Origin: Candidatus Bathyarchaeota archaeon
GTDB taxonomy: Archaea > Thermoproteota > Bathyarchaeia > Bathyarchaeales > Bathycorpusculaceae
Direction: 5' to 3'
Length of the DNA: 64,000 nt
NCBI GenBank assembly: GCA_963826715.1
Contig: CAWGYA010000008.1
Span: 896,001 to 960,000 of the forward strand
Shown here: piece by piece, positions 9,706 to 21,399 of the stretch
Numbering within the stretch: position 1 is the first letter of the stretch
Layout: every line of letters begins with the position of its first letter
The notes under the pieces: generated by a model
What the model was told of the DNA's origin: nothing
The model's input: only the letters and a program-made list of their open reading frames with translations
The model's database searches: none
Translations under genes and position numbers: made by a program

Positions 9706-12466
9706 TTGCAAAAACAGTTTTCTAAAAATAAAGCAGCAGCTATTTCGTTCGCAGTATTACTCATTGTTTCAATGAGCGCATCGATGGCACTGATACCAAC
9801 AGTTCAATCACACACACCCCCATGGGACATTGCAACATTCGCTTACATCAACGTTGCACCTAACCCAATCGGTGTAGGTCAACAAGCAAACATTCTGATC
9901 TGGCTCGATAAAACTTTCGATCAATCAATCTCTCTATCTAACGACTATCGTTTCCACAATTACAACCTTACCATAACAAAGCCTGACGGCACTGTAGAGA
10001 CAAAGATTTTTGAATACATTACTGACACAACTTCTTCTCAATACTATGCATATGTACCAGACCAAGTTGGAGTATACACTCTTGACTTTGACTTCCCAGG
10101 ACAAGAATTCAACCAATACAGCCATCCAACAGGATCACAAAACGTTAACGACACTTTCTTACCAAGTCACGCCCAAACGACATTGACAGTTCAGGAAGAA
10201 CAGATACCTAACCCAATAACTAGCTATCCCCTACCTTCTGAGTATTGGACACGCCCAATCTACGGAGAAAACACTGACTGGTGGGCTATCTCGTCAAACT
10301 GGCTAGGAACAGGCGCACCCGGACTACACTACTTGGAGTGGCGCAGGTTTAAACAGATTCCCAGGAGACGCAGTAGGACCACTAACTGGCCACATTATGT
10401 GGACTAAGCCAATTCAAATGGGCGGAGTCGTCGGAGGCAACACAACCACTGCACCAGACCTAAACGGAAATACTTGGTTTGAAGGTTCTGCATACAACCA
10501 ACGATATTCTAATCCAATCATCGTTGCCGGCATGCTAATCTACAACCCACCGGTCTCATACACAGGCTCCAATAGTGGACCAACCACATGCGTTGATCTA
10601 CAAACTGGACAAGTTATCTGGTCACGATCTGATGTACCCGCGATATCATTTGCATATATTTACGACGTTGAAGATCCACAGCAACACGGAGTTTATCCAG
10701 CAATCTTGTTCACCAGCAACTTTGCATCAGCTTATGATGCATATACAGGCGATCATCTCTTTGATGTGAGGAACGTTCCAGGTGGTGGAAGCTTCTTTGG
10801 CCCAGGTGCCGCAGTAGCTCTCGGACCACAAGGTGAACACCTAAGATATGTCTGGACAAACAATGCTGGATTTGGTCAACCTGCAAACTACACATTAGGT
10901 GAATGGAACTCTACCAAGCTTTGGACAGGAGCAGGATTCGCAAACCCAACCAGCACAGGATTATCACCAGTTCCAGATACAACCACGACCAGCACAACAA
11001 CAAACGTTTCATCAACAACCTACGTAAACGGCGCAATGGTGACGACACTTACCCCAACCACAACATCTTCCACATACGTAGATGCAAGCACCTCAACAGG
11101 TACTCACACACGTTATGACTGGATCGTTCAGATGCCAGGTTTCAGTAGCTCACCAACACCCGTTGGAGTAATCCCGGGCGATATTGTCATCTATGAAAAC
11201 GGAACTCTGCCAACTTTAACTACTTCACAATTCGGCACAAACAGCTATACTCCATACACCTACTTCGCTGTTAACCTTGATTCACATCGAGGTGCAGTAG
11301 GTAGCATTCTTTGGATGCATAACTACGACGCTCCTGCAGGCAACATCTCTGTTGCGATAGCCACAATTGATCCAGTAAACCGTGTATTCATTGAAGGATA
11401 CAAAGAAACTATGCAATTCGTTGGATACAGCATGGACACAGGCGCAAAACTATGGACAACCGATGGACAGACTTCACTTGACTACTATGGCAACCCAGCA
11501 CTACCAAACGCTAACGGTATTACTGCTTATGGTAAACTCTACAGCTCTCAATTAGGCGGAATTATGTACTGCTATGATACAGCAACAGGCGCTCTACTTT
11601 GGACATTCGGCAATGGCGACACCCCAGACAACTCTACTAATGCAGGTAGATACAATGCTTATGGTCACTACCCAACCTTCATACAAGCAATCGGCAACGA
11701 TGTCATATACACAGTTACAACCGAACACACAGTTAACACACCAATCTACAAAGGTGCAGTAGCAAGAGGAATCAACGCAACATCCGGCTTACAAATCTGG
11801 GAACTATCCGATTACACTGGTGAATTCTTCACAATGAGCACAGCAATCGCAGATGGCTATTACACATTCTTCAACGGCTATGACAATCAAATCTACGTAG
11901 TTGGTAGAGGACCAAGCGCAACTTCAGTACAAGCACCACTAACTTCAGTAGCAGCAGGCAACCAAGTTGTCATACAAGGATCAGTTGCAGACATCGCTTC
12001 TGGTACACAACAAACTGAGCAAGCAGCTCGTTTCCCACACGGTGTTCCCTTAGCCTCTGATGAGAGCATGAAGGACTGGATGGGTTATGTTTACCAGCAG
12101 AAACCAATGCCAACCGACTTCACAGGCGTAACAGTATCACTATATGCATTAGACCCCAACGGCAACTACATCACCTTAGGTGATGCAACAACAGACGTTT
12201 ACGGAACATTCCACTACACTTGGACAACACCAGACGTTCCAGGAGACTACTCAATCTACGCTTCATTCGCCGGAACTAGAGGTTACTGGCCATCAACAGC
12301 CACAACCGCTATGAACGTCGGAGAAGCACCCGCAACACCAGCACCAACAGAGACACCTCCAGCATCAATGGCTGATCAATACCTCATTCCATCCGTGATC
12401 GCGATCATCGTCGTCATCATAATCGTTGGCGCCTTGATCATGCTCATGCTACGAAGACGACCATAA
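9706..12466 (+). CDS. Large secreted PQQ-like beta-propeller surface protein (~920 aa), split by one frameshift near 10320
   Basis: Signal peptide; 9706..10407 joins the frame of 10397..12466 at GCACCCGGACTAC (GTGAP-DYTTWSGAG...HIMWTK); Thr-rich linker; C-terminal TM plus RRRP. Confidence 0.85.
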
Positions 12467-12490
12467 AACTACCACAAAAAAATCAAAATC

Positions 12491-12508
12491 CCTTTCTTTT
12501 CTTTTTTT
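12491..12508 (+). terminator. Oligo-T archaeal terminator
   Basis: cctttcttttctttttttc about 25 bp after the stop of the surface-protein gene. Confidence 0.5.
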
Positions 12509-12806
12509 CGTTAAATAAATTAATAACAAAATTTATCTGAAAATTTTCTAGCTTTTTCAGAATTATGTATAGCCTCTCAATCTTGATGTATTTATAAAAA
12601 ATTTCGTGTCTAATTTTTTTTGCGATCACAACGTGTTTCGAGAAACCCCAATGTCCAACTCACAAAATGTTTTGCCCAAACAAAGCCTCCTAAAACAACA
12701 AAATAAAATAAAACTAGCCGAAGAGTATTTTCTCTCAAAATTATTTAATCCCTAGATTGCAGCAAAATCCTTCGCCTTGATGTCAATTTAAATTCAATTA
12801 TAAAGC

Positions 12807-13721
12807 TTGAAATTAAGGTTGTATTGGTATTATCCGAATTTCAAACAATATATTAATTTGAAAAACACTCAATACAACAACCTTAACTCAATAAAGGGTA
12901 ACTTCCACTTGCAAATCAACCAAACATTCAGAGAAAAAATACATAAGGCAAACATCGAAGTCCATCGTAACGAAGCCCAATATTATGAGTTACTCCACCC
13001 CGAAGTCTACAGTCGAAAAGAACAGAAACGCATAACCAACAAGCTTACCTCAGTCACAGCACAAATTAGAAATAATAAAAAAAATGCGCTAGATGTTGGA
13101 GCAGGCACCGGTAACCTCACTGGCAAGCTTTTACTGATGGGTTACAATGTGACAGCAACTGATATTTCGCCTGAAATGTGTGAAATTCTACAAAAAAAAT
13201 ATGCCCCCTATCTTCAAAGTAAGTTGGTCGTGATTAATGCCCCCATTGAAGAGCTCAATTTTGACACGAGCAAATTTGACTTAATTTCTTTCTACAGTGT
13301 GCTACATCACCTTCCCGATTATTTGTCGGCGTTACAAAAGGTTTGTAGTTTTCTCAAGAAGGGAGGCGTAGTCTATATCGACCATGAAGCCTCACCAGCC
13401 TATTGGCGCGGGGAGAACAATAGCTTGATTAGCCTCATTAAAGACCTCTATTTCCACTCAAACCCTGTCATAAACAGTTTGTACTTTCAACTCACTGGAC
13501 TCAATGTTCCGTCAATTGATTATACTCTTTCAGATTTTTGGCACAAAAAAGAGCACGCCCTTGACCACAAAGCAATTGAAGAGGTCTTTAAAACCGAAGG
13601 ATTCTACCATTATATTCGAACTGACTACTACCAAACTGCAACATGGATGCCAAATCCTTTATTTCCAATTTATAGGTTACTCTGTAAACCTGAAATGAGT
13701 TACTGGATAGCTAAAAAATAA
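12807..13721 (+). CDS. Class I SAM-dependent methyltransferase (start likely TTG ~12909)
   Basis: ALDVGAGTG, FDLISFYSVLHH, LKKGG. Confidence 0.88.
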   Translation: MKLRLYWYYPNFKQYINLKNTQYNNLNSIKGNFHLQINQTFREKIHKANIEVHRNEAQYYELLHPEVYSRKEQKRITNKLTSVTAQIRNNKKNALDVGAGTGNLTGKLLLMGYNVTATDISPEMCEILQKKYAPYLQSKLVVINAPIEELNFDTSKFDLISFYSVLHHLPDYLSALQKVCSFLKKGGVVYIDHEASPAYWRGENNSLISLIKDLYFHSNPVINSLYFQLTGLNVPSIDYTLSDFWHKKEHALDHKAIEEVFKTEGFYHYIRTDYYQTATWMPNPLFPIYRLLCKPEMSYWIAKK

Positions 13722-13859
13722 TCTTCACTATCAACTATCAGAATTAGGTTTTAAATGAGTGGAGAGTTGCAGCCTGTCGAGTTAATTTTTATCGCTCGGT
13801 TTCCGTTAAAGCTATAAGTCCCGCGGGGCATCAAAGCTAAAATATCTTGAGGCAAAACA

Positions 13860-15278
13860 ATGCCCGCTCAAACTCCACCTCAAAATTCTGCAGAGAAAAT
13901 TACGATTCTGTTGATGACGACTGCACCTCCTGAGGACGGCGCATGGTACTTAGGTAAACGTCTACCGCCTATTGGATTGATGTATGTTGCAGCGGCGCTA
14001 GAGAAATCTGGTTACAATGTGCAAATGCTAGATAATTATCTTATGAAGAAACCAATAGAGGAAGTTAAACAATTAATCAGTAGTCTCAAACCTCAGATCG
14101 TGGGCATAACCTGCGGTTCCGCCACGTATCCACAATGTGTTGAAACCGCCAAGGCTATCAAAGAAGTAAACCCCACTTGCCACATTGTAGTCGGCGGATG
14201 GCATGCCTCTTACATGCCCGACAGTCTCCTAAGTCACCCTGAAATAGACTATGTCGTAATGGGCGAGGGCGAACGCGCCATAGTGCAGCTTGCAAATGCA
14301 ATTTCTAGCGGCAACACAAAACAAGCTGAATCCATTGCAGGAGTAGCCATTCGAACCAGCAAAGGGAACATAAAAAATCCCCCCGTTTATATCGAAAATA
14401 TGGATGAAATCCCTTACCCTGCAAGGCATCTGCTACCGCTTGAACTTTACGACCGTACAATAGAATTCCTGGATGCGAAACCAGCGGATGTTATGAGCAT
14501 CAGTCGAGGCTGTGTGTTTAACTGTGGTTTCTGTGAGACCCGAAAACTATGGGGAAACATCTGCCGCGGCTTTAGCCCAACGCGGGTTCTCGGAGAAATC
14601 GAGGACTTAATGAGTCGATACGGAACACGGGGAATATACTTCATCAATGACAATTTTACACTTAGAAAAGAAAAAACCATCGAACTCTGCAACCTAATGA
14701 TTGAGAAAAAACTAAGCTTGGAGTGGGTTTGCGATACCAGAGTGGACCTCGTCAACGACGAACTCTTGGCGTTAATGAGTAAAGCAGGATGCAAAACCAT
14801 ATGGTTTGGTGTGGAGTCAGCCTCGCCTCAGATTCTCAAACGTATCGGCAGAAACACCAAACCTGAACAAGTGGAAGTCGCCTTTAAACTCTGCAAGAAA
14901 CACCACATCAAAACCGCCTGTAGCTTCATGTTGGGTTTACCTGATGAGACCCTCGCTGACATGGAAGAGTCCCTAAAATTCGCCAAAAAACTTGTTCCCG
15001 ATTGGTGTCAATTCAACACGTTTATCGCCTATCCTGATAGTAAACTCTACAACGAACTCTTAGAAAGCGGGAAATACATCAAACTCGACGAATTCCTCCT
15101 CAGTGTCAAAAGCGATGAATACACCTATGAGATGCTCCAGAATCTTCAGCGACGCTTTTTTAAAGAATTCCACATGACACCCAGACAAATTTACAAGAGG
15201 GTGCGAAGAGAAGGTGTATGGAACTTTGCCAAACGCCGGCTAATAGGTGGCACGCGCAAAACCAGCGGCGTAGCATAG
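13860..15278 (+). CDS. B12-binding radical SAM protein
   Basis: PPIGLMYVAAAL, VVGGWHAS; ISRGCVFNCGFC; GVES. Confidence 0.93.
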   Translation: MPAQTPPQNSAEKITILLMTTAPPEDGAWYLGKRLPPIGLMYVAAALEKSGYNVQMLDNYLMKKPIEEVKQLISSLKPQIVGITCGSATYPQCVETAKAIKEVNPTCHIVVGGWHASYMPDSLLSHPEIDYVVMGEGERAIVQLANAISSGNTKQAESIAGVAIRTSKGNIKNPPVYIENMDEIPYPARHLLPLELYDRTIEFLDAKPADVMSISRGCVFNCGFCETRKLWGNICRGFSPTRVLGEIEDLMSRYGTRGIYFINDNFTLRKEKTIELCNLMIEKKLSLEWVCDTRVDLVNDELLALMSKAGCKTIWFGVESASPQILKRIGRNTKPEQVEVAFKLCKKHHIKTACSFMLGLPDETLADMEESLKFAKKLVPDWCQFNTFIAYPDSKLYNELLESGKYIKLDEFLLSVKSDEYTYEMLQNLQRRFFKEFHMTPRQIYKRVRREGVWNFAKRRLIGGTRKTSGVA

Positions 15279-16370
15279 GTGGCGACCATGAAAAAGAGGC
15301 GGTTGGGCAGAACTAACCTGCAAGTTTCGCAGGTAGGTTTTGGTGGAACATGGATATCTGAGGTGCCCACAGAGGAAGCCACCAGGGTTGTCAGGCATGC
15401 ATATGATTCAGGAATTAACTATTTTGACACTGCAAGATGGGACGGTAACAGTGAAGAGAAGATCGGCGAGGCCCTTCAAGGCAACAGAGACCAATGCGTT
15501 ATCGCCACAAAAACAGGAAGCCGAACCAAGCGGGAATCAATGGACGACTTCAAAGTAAGCTTGAAGAATCTAAAAACCGATCACCTCGATATCATTCAGC
15601 TTCACGGCATAGACGACGAGAAAACTCTATCCAAAGCCATGGGCGCCGACGGCTCACTGCAAACCTGCAAAGAAGCCCGTCGCGAGGGGATAGTGGATTT
15701 TGTCGGCATCACCGGGCACAAACCCCGTGTTTTGGCGAAAGCTGTGGCAACAGGCGAGTTTGACACAGTTTTAGTCCCTCTCAACGTGGTGACAAGACAG
15801 GCGATTGAGGAACTGCTTCCTGTTGCGACGGCACAGGATGTAGGGGTTGTAGCAATGAAACCCTTCTTTGCAAAAACATCTAATTTAATTACTTGTCTAT
15901 ACAAGCCCTCACTTTCGCTTGTTTCCGATAAGTCTGAACTCAAAAAACTGTTGGGTGAATCAATCGATGAACGGATCAAAAGTGCACTTCGGTATGTGCT
16001 TTCACAAAATATTTCAGCTGTTATTCCAGGATTACGAAGTATCCCCGAAGTTGAAACAGCCGCCAAAATCGGCGATCAATACGTAGGTTCAATGTCGGGT
16101 GAGAATGAGCGGTTCAGTTTTGAGTTAGGGAATTACTGCCGCGATTGTGGAGTCTGCATGCCTTGCCCTGAAGGCGTTAACATTCCAGCAGAGTTGCGGT
16201 TTCAAATGCTCAGCGAAGTCTACGGCTTAAGGCAGTGGGCAAAAGAATTATACTCGGGCTTGGACGTCAAGGATCACAAGTGCACAGGTTGTGGGGAATG
16301 CTCGCCTAAATGTCCCTACAAACTACCCATAGAAGAGAAGCTGAAAAAAGCCCGGCGTGACCTACTGTAA
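15279..16370 (+). CDS. Aldo/keto reductase family protein with C-terminal 2x[4Fe-4S] domain
   Basis: RRLGRTNLQVSQVGFG, FDTA, IATK, QLH; CRDCGVCMPCP and CTGCGECSPKCP. Confidence 0.9.
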   Translation: MATMKKRRLGRTNLQVSQVGFGGTWISEVPTEEATRVVRHAYDSGINYFDTARWDGNSEEKIGEALQGNRDQCVIATKTGSRTKRESMDDFKVSLKNLKTDHLDIIQLHGIDDEKTLSKAMGADGSLQTCKEARREGIVDFVGITGHKPRVLAKAVATGEFDTVLVPLNVVTRQAIEELLPVATAQDVGVVAMKPFFAKTSNLITCLYKPSLSLVSDKSELKKLLGESIDERIKSALRYVLSQNISAVIPGLRSIPEVETAAKIGDQYVGSMSGENERFSFELGNYCRDCGVCMPCPEGVNIPAELRFQMLSEVYGLRQWAKELYSGLDVKDHKCTGCGECSPKCPYKLPIEEKLKKARRDLL

Positions 16371-16392
16371 GATAAAGATGAAGAAAAGCAGT

Positions 16393-17517
16393 TTATTGAA
16401 CTATTGCAGGTAATACTCTCTTTATCGTTTCCACAAGTTCGTGGTTATCTTTGGCAGATCGCACTGTTATGCGGAAGTAGCTGTCGTTCATGCCCATGAA
16501 TGTGCAACAATCACGGATGAGAATGCGCTCCTTTGCTAGTAAATCCTTTAGCATAGTTGAAGTGAGTTTGCGGTTCTGGATTTTTACTAGTAAGAAGTTC
16601 GTTGTGGATGGATAAACGTGAAAGCCTCCGATTTCTCTTAGATCGTTGGCGAGGTTAGTTCGATTTTTTGTTATTATCTCCTTTGTGCTTTTGATGAATT
16701 CGATGTCATTGAAAGCTGCAAGTGTAGTTTGACATGCTAAGCCGTTAATGCTCCACGGTTGCCGCATCGTTTCAAGCTTCTCAATGAGATTTGTTGCTGC
16801 GATGGCGTAGCCCAATCGTAAACCCGCCAAACCATAGAATTTTGTAACTGATCGAATCACAAACAGGTTCTCATAGTCTTTAACCAAGCCCACCAAGGTA
16901 TTTCTGTCACCATCAGCTGCGAACTCAATGTAATTCTCGTCTATACTGAAAATTATGTCGCGTTTCTGACAGAACTCCACAAGGTCCAAGACCTCTTCTT
17001 TGTTGTAAAGTCGTCCTGAAGGACTATGTGGATTACATATGCAGAGGATTTTTGTTTCGTCGGTTATTGCTGCTTTGATTTTTTCGGGTTCCAATGCAAA
17101 GTCTTCGGGTAATTGCACAAAAACGGGTTCGCCGCCAACTCGCAGCGCCGCTTTTTCATATTCAGAGAACGAGGGAATTGGAATCAGTGCCTTGAAGTCT
17201 TTTGGTAGACCCTCGGCTATCATGTAGATGAGTTCAATTGAGCCGTTGCCCAAAAGAATGTTTTCTCCGCTTACGCCGTGCCCCACATATTGGGCAATTG
17301 CGTCTTTGAATTCGACGGGGTTAGGGTCTGGGTAGAATTTTATTAGACGCGCATTTTGCTTAACTGCTTCCACCGCTTTGGGTGGTGGCCCCATGAAGTT
17401 TATGGGTCCGCTGAATTCAAGCACTTCTTCTAATGGGATGTTATGTTTTCTGCTAAAACCCCAGATGTCGCCGCCGTGAGTGATGAACCTTCGTTTCTTA
17501 CATGTGCTTGACATCAA
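16393..17517 (-). CDS. cobD: Threonine-phosphate decarboxylase (PLP, class I/II aminotransferase fold)
   Basis: HGGD N-terminus, GNGSIELI, CNPHSPSG, RSVTKFYGLAGLRLGY, ILIRDC; cobamide context. Confidence 0.85.
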   Translation of the reverse strand: MMSSTCKKRRFITHGGDIWGFSRKHNIPLEEVLEFSGPINFMGPPPKAVEAVKQNARLIKFYPDPNPVEFKDAIAQYVGHGVSGENILLGNGSIELIYMIAEGLPKDFKALIPIPSFSEYEKAALRVGGEPVFVQLPEDFALEPEKIKAAITDETKILCICNPHSPSGRLYNKEEVLDLVEFCQKRDIIFSIDENYIEFAADGDRNTLVGLVKDYENLFVIRSVTKFYGLAGLRLGYAIAATNLIEKLETMRQPWSINGLACQTTLAAFNDIEFIKSTKEIITKNRTNLANDLREIGGFHVYPSTTNFLLVKIQNRKLTSTMLKDLLAKERILIRDCCTFMGMNDSYFRITVRSAKDNHELVETIKRVLPAIVQ

Positions 17518-18052
17518 TCTCTTTCTCCAGTAGCTTGTAAAGTTCTTTTTCTGCTTGTAAATCGGCTTTGTAGTGTGCGTTATACAAGTTCACGAGCTTG
17601 TAAAGCCAATACACGATGCCTACACCTAAGGTGAATATTGTTATCAATACATATGTTGTTAACGGTATAGTTTGAGGCATAAAGACCCTGTGAGGCAGTG
17701 TAGCGGCGAGAAAGGCATCTTGATTCTGTTCATGTTTGGACAGATCTCTTGATAGAAGGTAAACAATAATGAACGCTGGTATGATTAGGATTATGCTTGC
17801 CGCCCAAAGTTTAGCATTGCGCGGTTCATAAGGTTGGCTTGGCGGGGGCACTTCTTTACCCTTGCTTTTTAGGTAGGTCGCAACTTGCAGCTCAAGCTCA
17901 GTTTCTCTTTGTAGATGTCTATTTCTGCCATTCACGAGCCGGTAAAACATAGGGAAAAAGGCAATGCCAAACGTGACGACTGCACCCAGAAACCACATGG
18001 AAAACCAGATTTTCCGGTCGACTTGTGCTTTTTGATTTATTTTGGTTTGCAT
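17498..18052 (-). CDS. Membrane protein, DUF4234-like
   Basis: TM segments with ITIFTLGVGIVYWLYK..N.H pattern; overlaps cobD start. Confidence 0.6.
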   Translation of the reverse strand: MQTKINQKAQVDRKIWFSMWFLGAVVTFGIAFFPMFYRLVNGRNRHLQRETELELQVATYLKSKGKEVPPPSQPYEPRNAKLWAASIILIIPAFIIVYLLSRDLSKHEQNQDAFLAATLPHRVFMPQTIPLTTYVLITIFTLGVGIVYWLYKLVNLYNAHYKADLQAEKELYKLLEKEIDVKHM

Positions 18053-18136
18053 GGTGGGTCAAACTGATGTGGTGGATGCTTACAAGTTTGGGGTAGCCAA
18101 ACTTTATAAGGTCTTCCATTGGCTTTCTTAAATAAA

Positions 18137-18840
18137 ATGAGCCCAAGGGAAATGCTGCTCTCCATCATAATTCCCGTCTACAACGAGCAATTAACCATAG
18201 GCAACATCATTGACCGCACCAAAGCCGCATTGGCGCAGCTTGGGGTTCCTTACGAAATCATCGTGGTCGATGACTGCTCCCATGACAAATCGCTTGAAGT
18301 GGCAAAAAAACACAACGGCAAAGGCAAAGTCTACACTTTAAGGGAGCATCTGGGAAAGGGCTACGTGCTCCGCGCTGGGTTTGCTAAAGCCAAAGGCGAT
18401 ATAGTAGTCACTATCGATTCGGACGGGTCTCATCGACCAGAAGAACTCAAAGAAGTTTTAACACCCGTTCTGGAGAATAAGGCAGACCTTGTTATCGGCT
18501 CTCGGTACATGAATCAAAAACCCGTTGCGGCTAAAAACTAAATGCTTTTGGAGTGCGTATGTTCAACTCCTTAATCAAGCTCCTAACTGGAACCGCCACA
18601 ACGGATTCCCAATCAGGCTACCGCGCAATAAAACGGCAAGTCCTTGAAAAACAAAAGTTGTACGCTCGAGAGTACGAAATAGAATCTGAAATGCTGGTTA
18701 AAACTGTTAAGGCAGGTTTTAGGGTATCTGAAGTGCCCATTAGTTTTGAGCAGCGCACCTACGGAACCAGCGGCGTTGACCCACTTTGGGATGGCTCTAA
18801 AATCCTATATTCGATTGTTCTGGCGCATTTTAGGGGATAA
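18137..18840 (+). CDS. GT2 glycosyltransferase (DPM1-like polyprenol-phosphate hexosyltransferase), frameshift at A-run ~18535
   Basis: SIIIPVYNE, VDDCSHD, DSDGSH, GSR; continues in 18553..18840 (TDSQSGYRA, EIESEM). Confidence 0.85.
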
Positions 18841-18844
18841 CAAA

Positions 18845-19829
18845 GTGACTGAGCTTCAAGTGCCCAAAGTTTCAATCATAGTTGCCTCCTACAACAGCCA
18901 AGACACCATTGAAGAATGCCTTAAATCCATCTTGGCACAGAATTACCCAGCCGGCTTTTTTGAAGTCATCGTGATGGATGGCGGCAGCAAAGACAATACC
19001 GTCAAAATCGCCCAGTCGTTCCCAATCAAAGTCCTTTCAATCCCTCTTAACTGCCCAGCCGCCTACAACTACGCCCAAAAAATCGTCGCCCACCCAATCT
19101 TGGGCTTCATCGACGCCGACGCCAAAGTCGAACCCGATTGGTTGAGCAAACTTATTACCCACCTAAATGAGCCTCAGGTGGCAGGGGTAAGCGGCAGCAT
19201 CGAAACATGGAACCGCGAAAATCTTTGGGCAAGAAGCATCGGGTATGAACTCAAAAACCGCTACAGTCGCATAGGAAAATACACAGGCAGAATCGCCACC
19301 ATGAACCTGCTTTTGAAAAAATCTGTCATCGAGGAGGCGGGCGGATGGGACGAGAAGCTTCCAGCCAATATGACACCGATCTTGGATTCCGAATTAGTGC
19401 AAAAGGCTACAAAATCGCATACGAACCTACTGCGGTTTGTTTCCATTTTAATCGTCCAACGATTAAGGCTTTTTATCGGCAGCAGCTACAGTACGGCAAA
19501 AACACCCTTAAACTCTACTTCAAGCATGGGCATTTAGCACGAGGGGACGAAATTACTGACATAGGAATGAACATCCAACCTATCTTACTTCTAGGATAGT
19601 GGCTTTTTTCCTTGCTGGAATAGTTCCATTACTTAGGTTGCTTTGGGGTGTTTCGGGATTAATCTTTTTGGCGATGGTGGTTTACTTTGTTTATTCAGCG
19701 GTGAAGATAGCGGTCAAGTTTCACGACTTAACTGCCATGCGCCTATTGTTGCTTTACTTTGTGAGGGCTGAAGCATGGTTTGACGGCGCCATGATAACCA
19801 CTTTTAGATACCTTGTAGGGAGGGACTGA
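18845..19829 (+). CDS. GT2 glycosyltransferase with C-terminal TM helices, frameshifts at ~19362 and ~19598
   Basis: VSIIVASYN, DGGSKD, FIDAD, GGWDE; YDTDLGFRI in the next frame; TM tail in 19599..19829. Confidence 0.8.
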
Positions 19830-19831
19830 TA

Positions 19832-21027
19832 ATGGCGCACAAGGTCTGCTTTATCTCACCTGAATACTGGCCGCTCACAGGAGGAACAGGTTCCTACGTC
19901 TATTACCTGTCTAATGAATTGCTTAAAAATGGCTATAAACTCTACGTCGTTACAGGCTCAAACCATGCTCAAGACGTCAAAGTCAATCCAAAGTTAGATG
20001 TGTCTTTTCTGAAAATACCCAAGATGCCAATCGTTAAATCCTTCATGCTCGCTGCTAACAGCAGCCGTAAACTAGGTAGCGTTCGAGATACAGCCAACGT
20101 CGACATCACACATCCACAGCTTCCTCTGACACCGAATTTTGCTGTGCCGACAAATTTTGGAAAAGCCCTCGTCTGTACAGTCCATTCCACATGGAAGGGC
20201 GAAGCCGAAGCTATTCGAGGTGAACCCTACAGCCGCCTAAACGCCAACGAAAAGTTCCTTGTGAGTTTTAACCGGTTTTTGCGGTTCTTCGAGGAAGGCA
20301 TGCTTAAAAGGGCGAGAAAAATCATCGCTGTTAGCCACTTCACCAAGTGGGAACTTACAAACTACTACAAAATTCCCCAGAACAAAATACAGGTTATCCA
20401 TAATGGGGTTGACGTTAACAAGTTTAAGCCTGCAGCGGACAAACGCAGGGCCAAGATGGAACTGGGCTTAAACCCCGACGATTTAGCTATAGTGTCCGTG
20501 GGGCGGCTCTATGCACGTAAAGGGCTCTTTACCCTAATCGAATCCATGCCCGCAGTCATCAAACGTTTTCCAACCGCTAAATTCATCATCAGCGGCAAAG
20601 GACAAAACGATGAAATGCACAAACTCAACGCCCACGCTGAGCGCTTAGGAGTCAGAGGCAACATAGTCTTCACAGGCTACACTCCCGACCGAGAACTGCC
20701 AAAACTCTACCAAGCCGCAGACGTCTTCGCTTTTAGCACCTTCTATGAGCATCACCCGTTTGCTGTGTTGGAAGCGTTGGCAACGGGCTTGCCTGTGGTC
20801 ACCACCACTGTGGGAGGTATTCCCGAAACCATCGACAGCGGCAAAAACGGTTTTCTGTGAACCTTTCAATTCCAAGCAGTTTAGCGAAAAAATCTTGTAC
20901 CTGCTAGAAACATCCAGCGGGGGCAGCGGAAATGGGTGCCAAAGCGCGGAAGACGGTTGTGGAGCAACTGGATTGGCGTATAGTCGTCAAAGACGCCATG
21001 AAAGTCTATGATGACGCGCTAAGATAA
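19832..21027 (+). CDS. GT4 glycosyltransferase, frameshifts at ~20856 and ~20912
   Basis: IHNGVD, VGRL..RKG, LEALATGLPVV; C-terminus VEQLDWRIVVKDAMKVYDDALR* ends at 21027. Confidence 0.85.
20970..21027 (+). repeat. Direct repeat copy 1 (3' end of GT4 gene)
   Basis: ggattggcgtatagtcgtcaaaga identical (24 bp) to 21758..21781, similarity continues to the stop. Confidence 0.9.
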
Positions 21028-21105
21028 TCGCCGTTTTTAGGCTCTTCATCAGCAGATTCTCATCAATCTTTAAAAAGGTAACAACCCAACTTTATCTCGA
21101 TACAA

Positions 21106-21399
21106 ATGCCAACAGTGGAGAAGTTAAAAGCGATTTTGGGTTTACATAAAGAAAATTTAAAGAAGAATTATAAGGTCAAAGAAATCGGTATTTTTGGGTC
21201 TTACGTTCGGCATGAGCAGAAAAAGAAAAGCGATCTATGCGTTTTGGTTACCTTTTGTGAAACAATTGACCTCTTCACGTTTGTTGAGCTTGAAAACTAT
21301 TTGAGCGATATTTTAGGGGTTAAAGTTGACCTTGTTATGAAAGATGGGATTAAACCTCGCCTCAAAGAGAGGATTTTAAGCGAGGCTGTTTACGTTTGA
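21106..21399 (+). CDS. MNT (minimal nucleotidyltransferase) antitoxin
   Basis: GIFGSYVR..Q...SDLCVLV, LGVKVDLV, ILSEAVYV. Confidence 0.9.
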   Translation: MPTVEKLKAILGLHKENLKKNYKVKEIGIFGSYVRHEQKKKSDLCVLVTFCETIDLFTFVELENYLSDILGVKVDLVMKDGIKPRLKERILSEAVYV

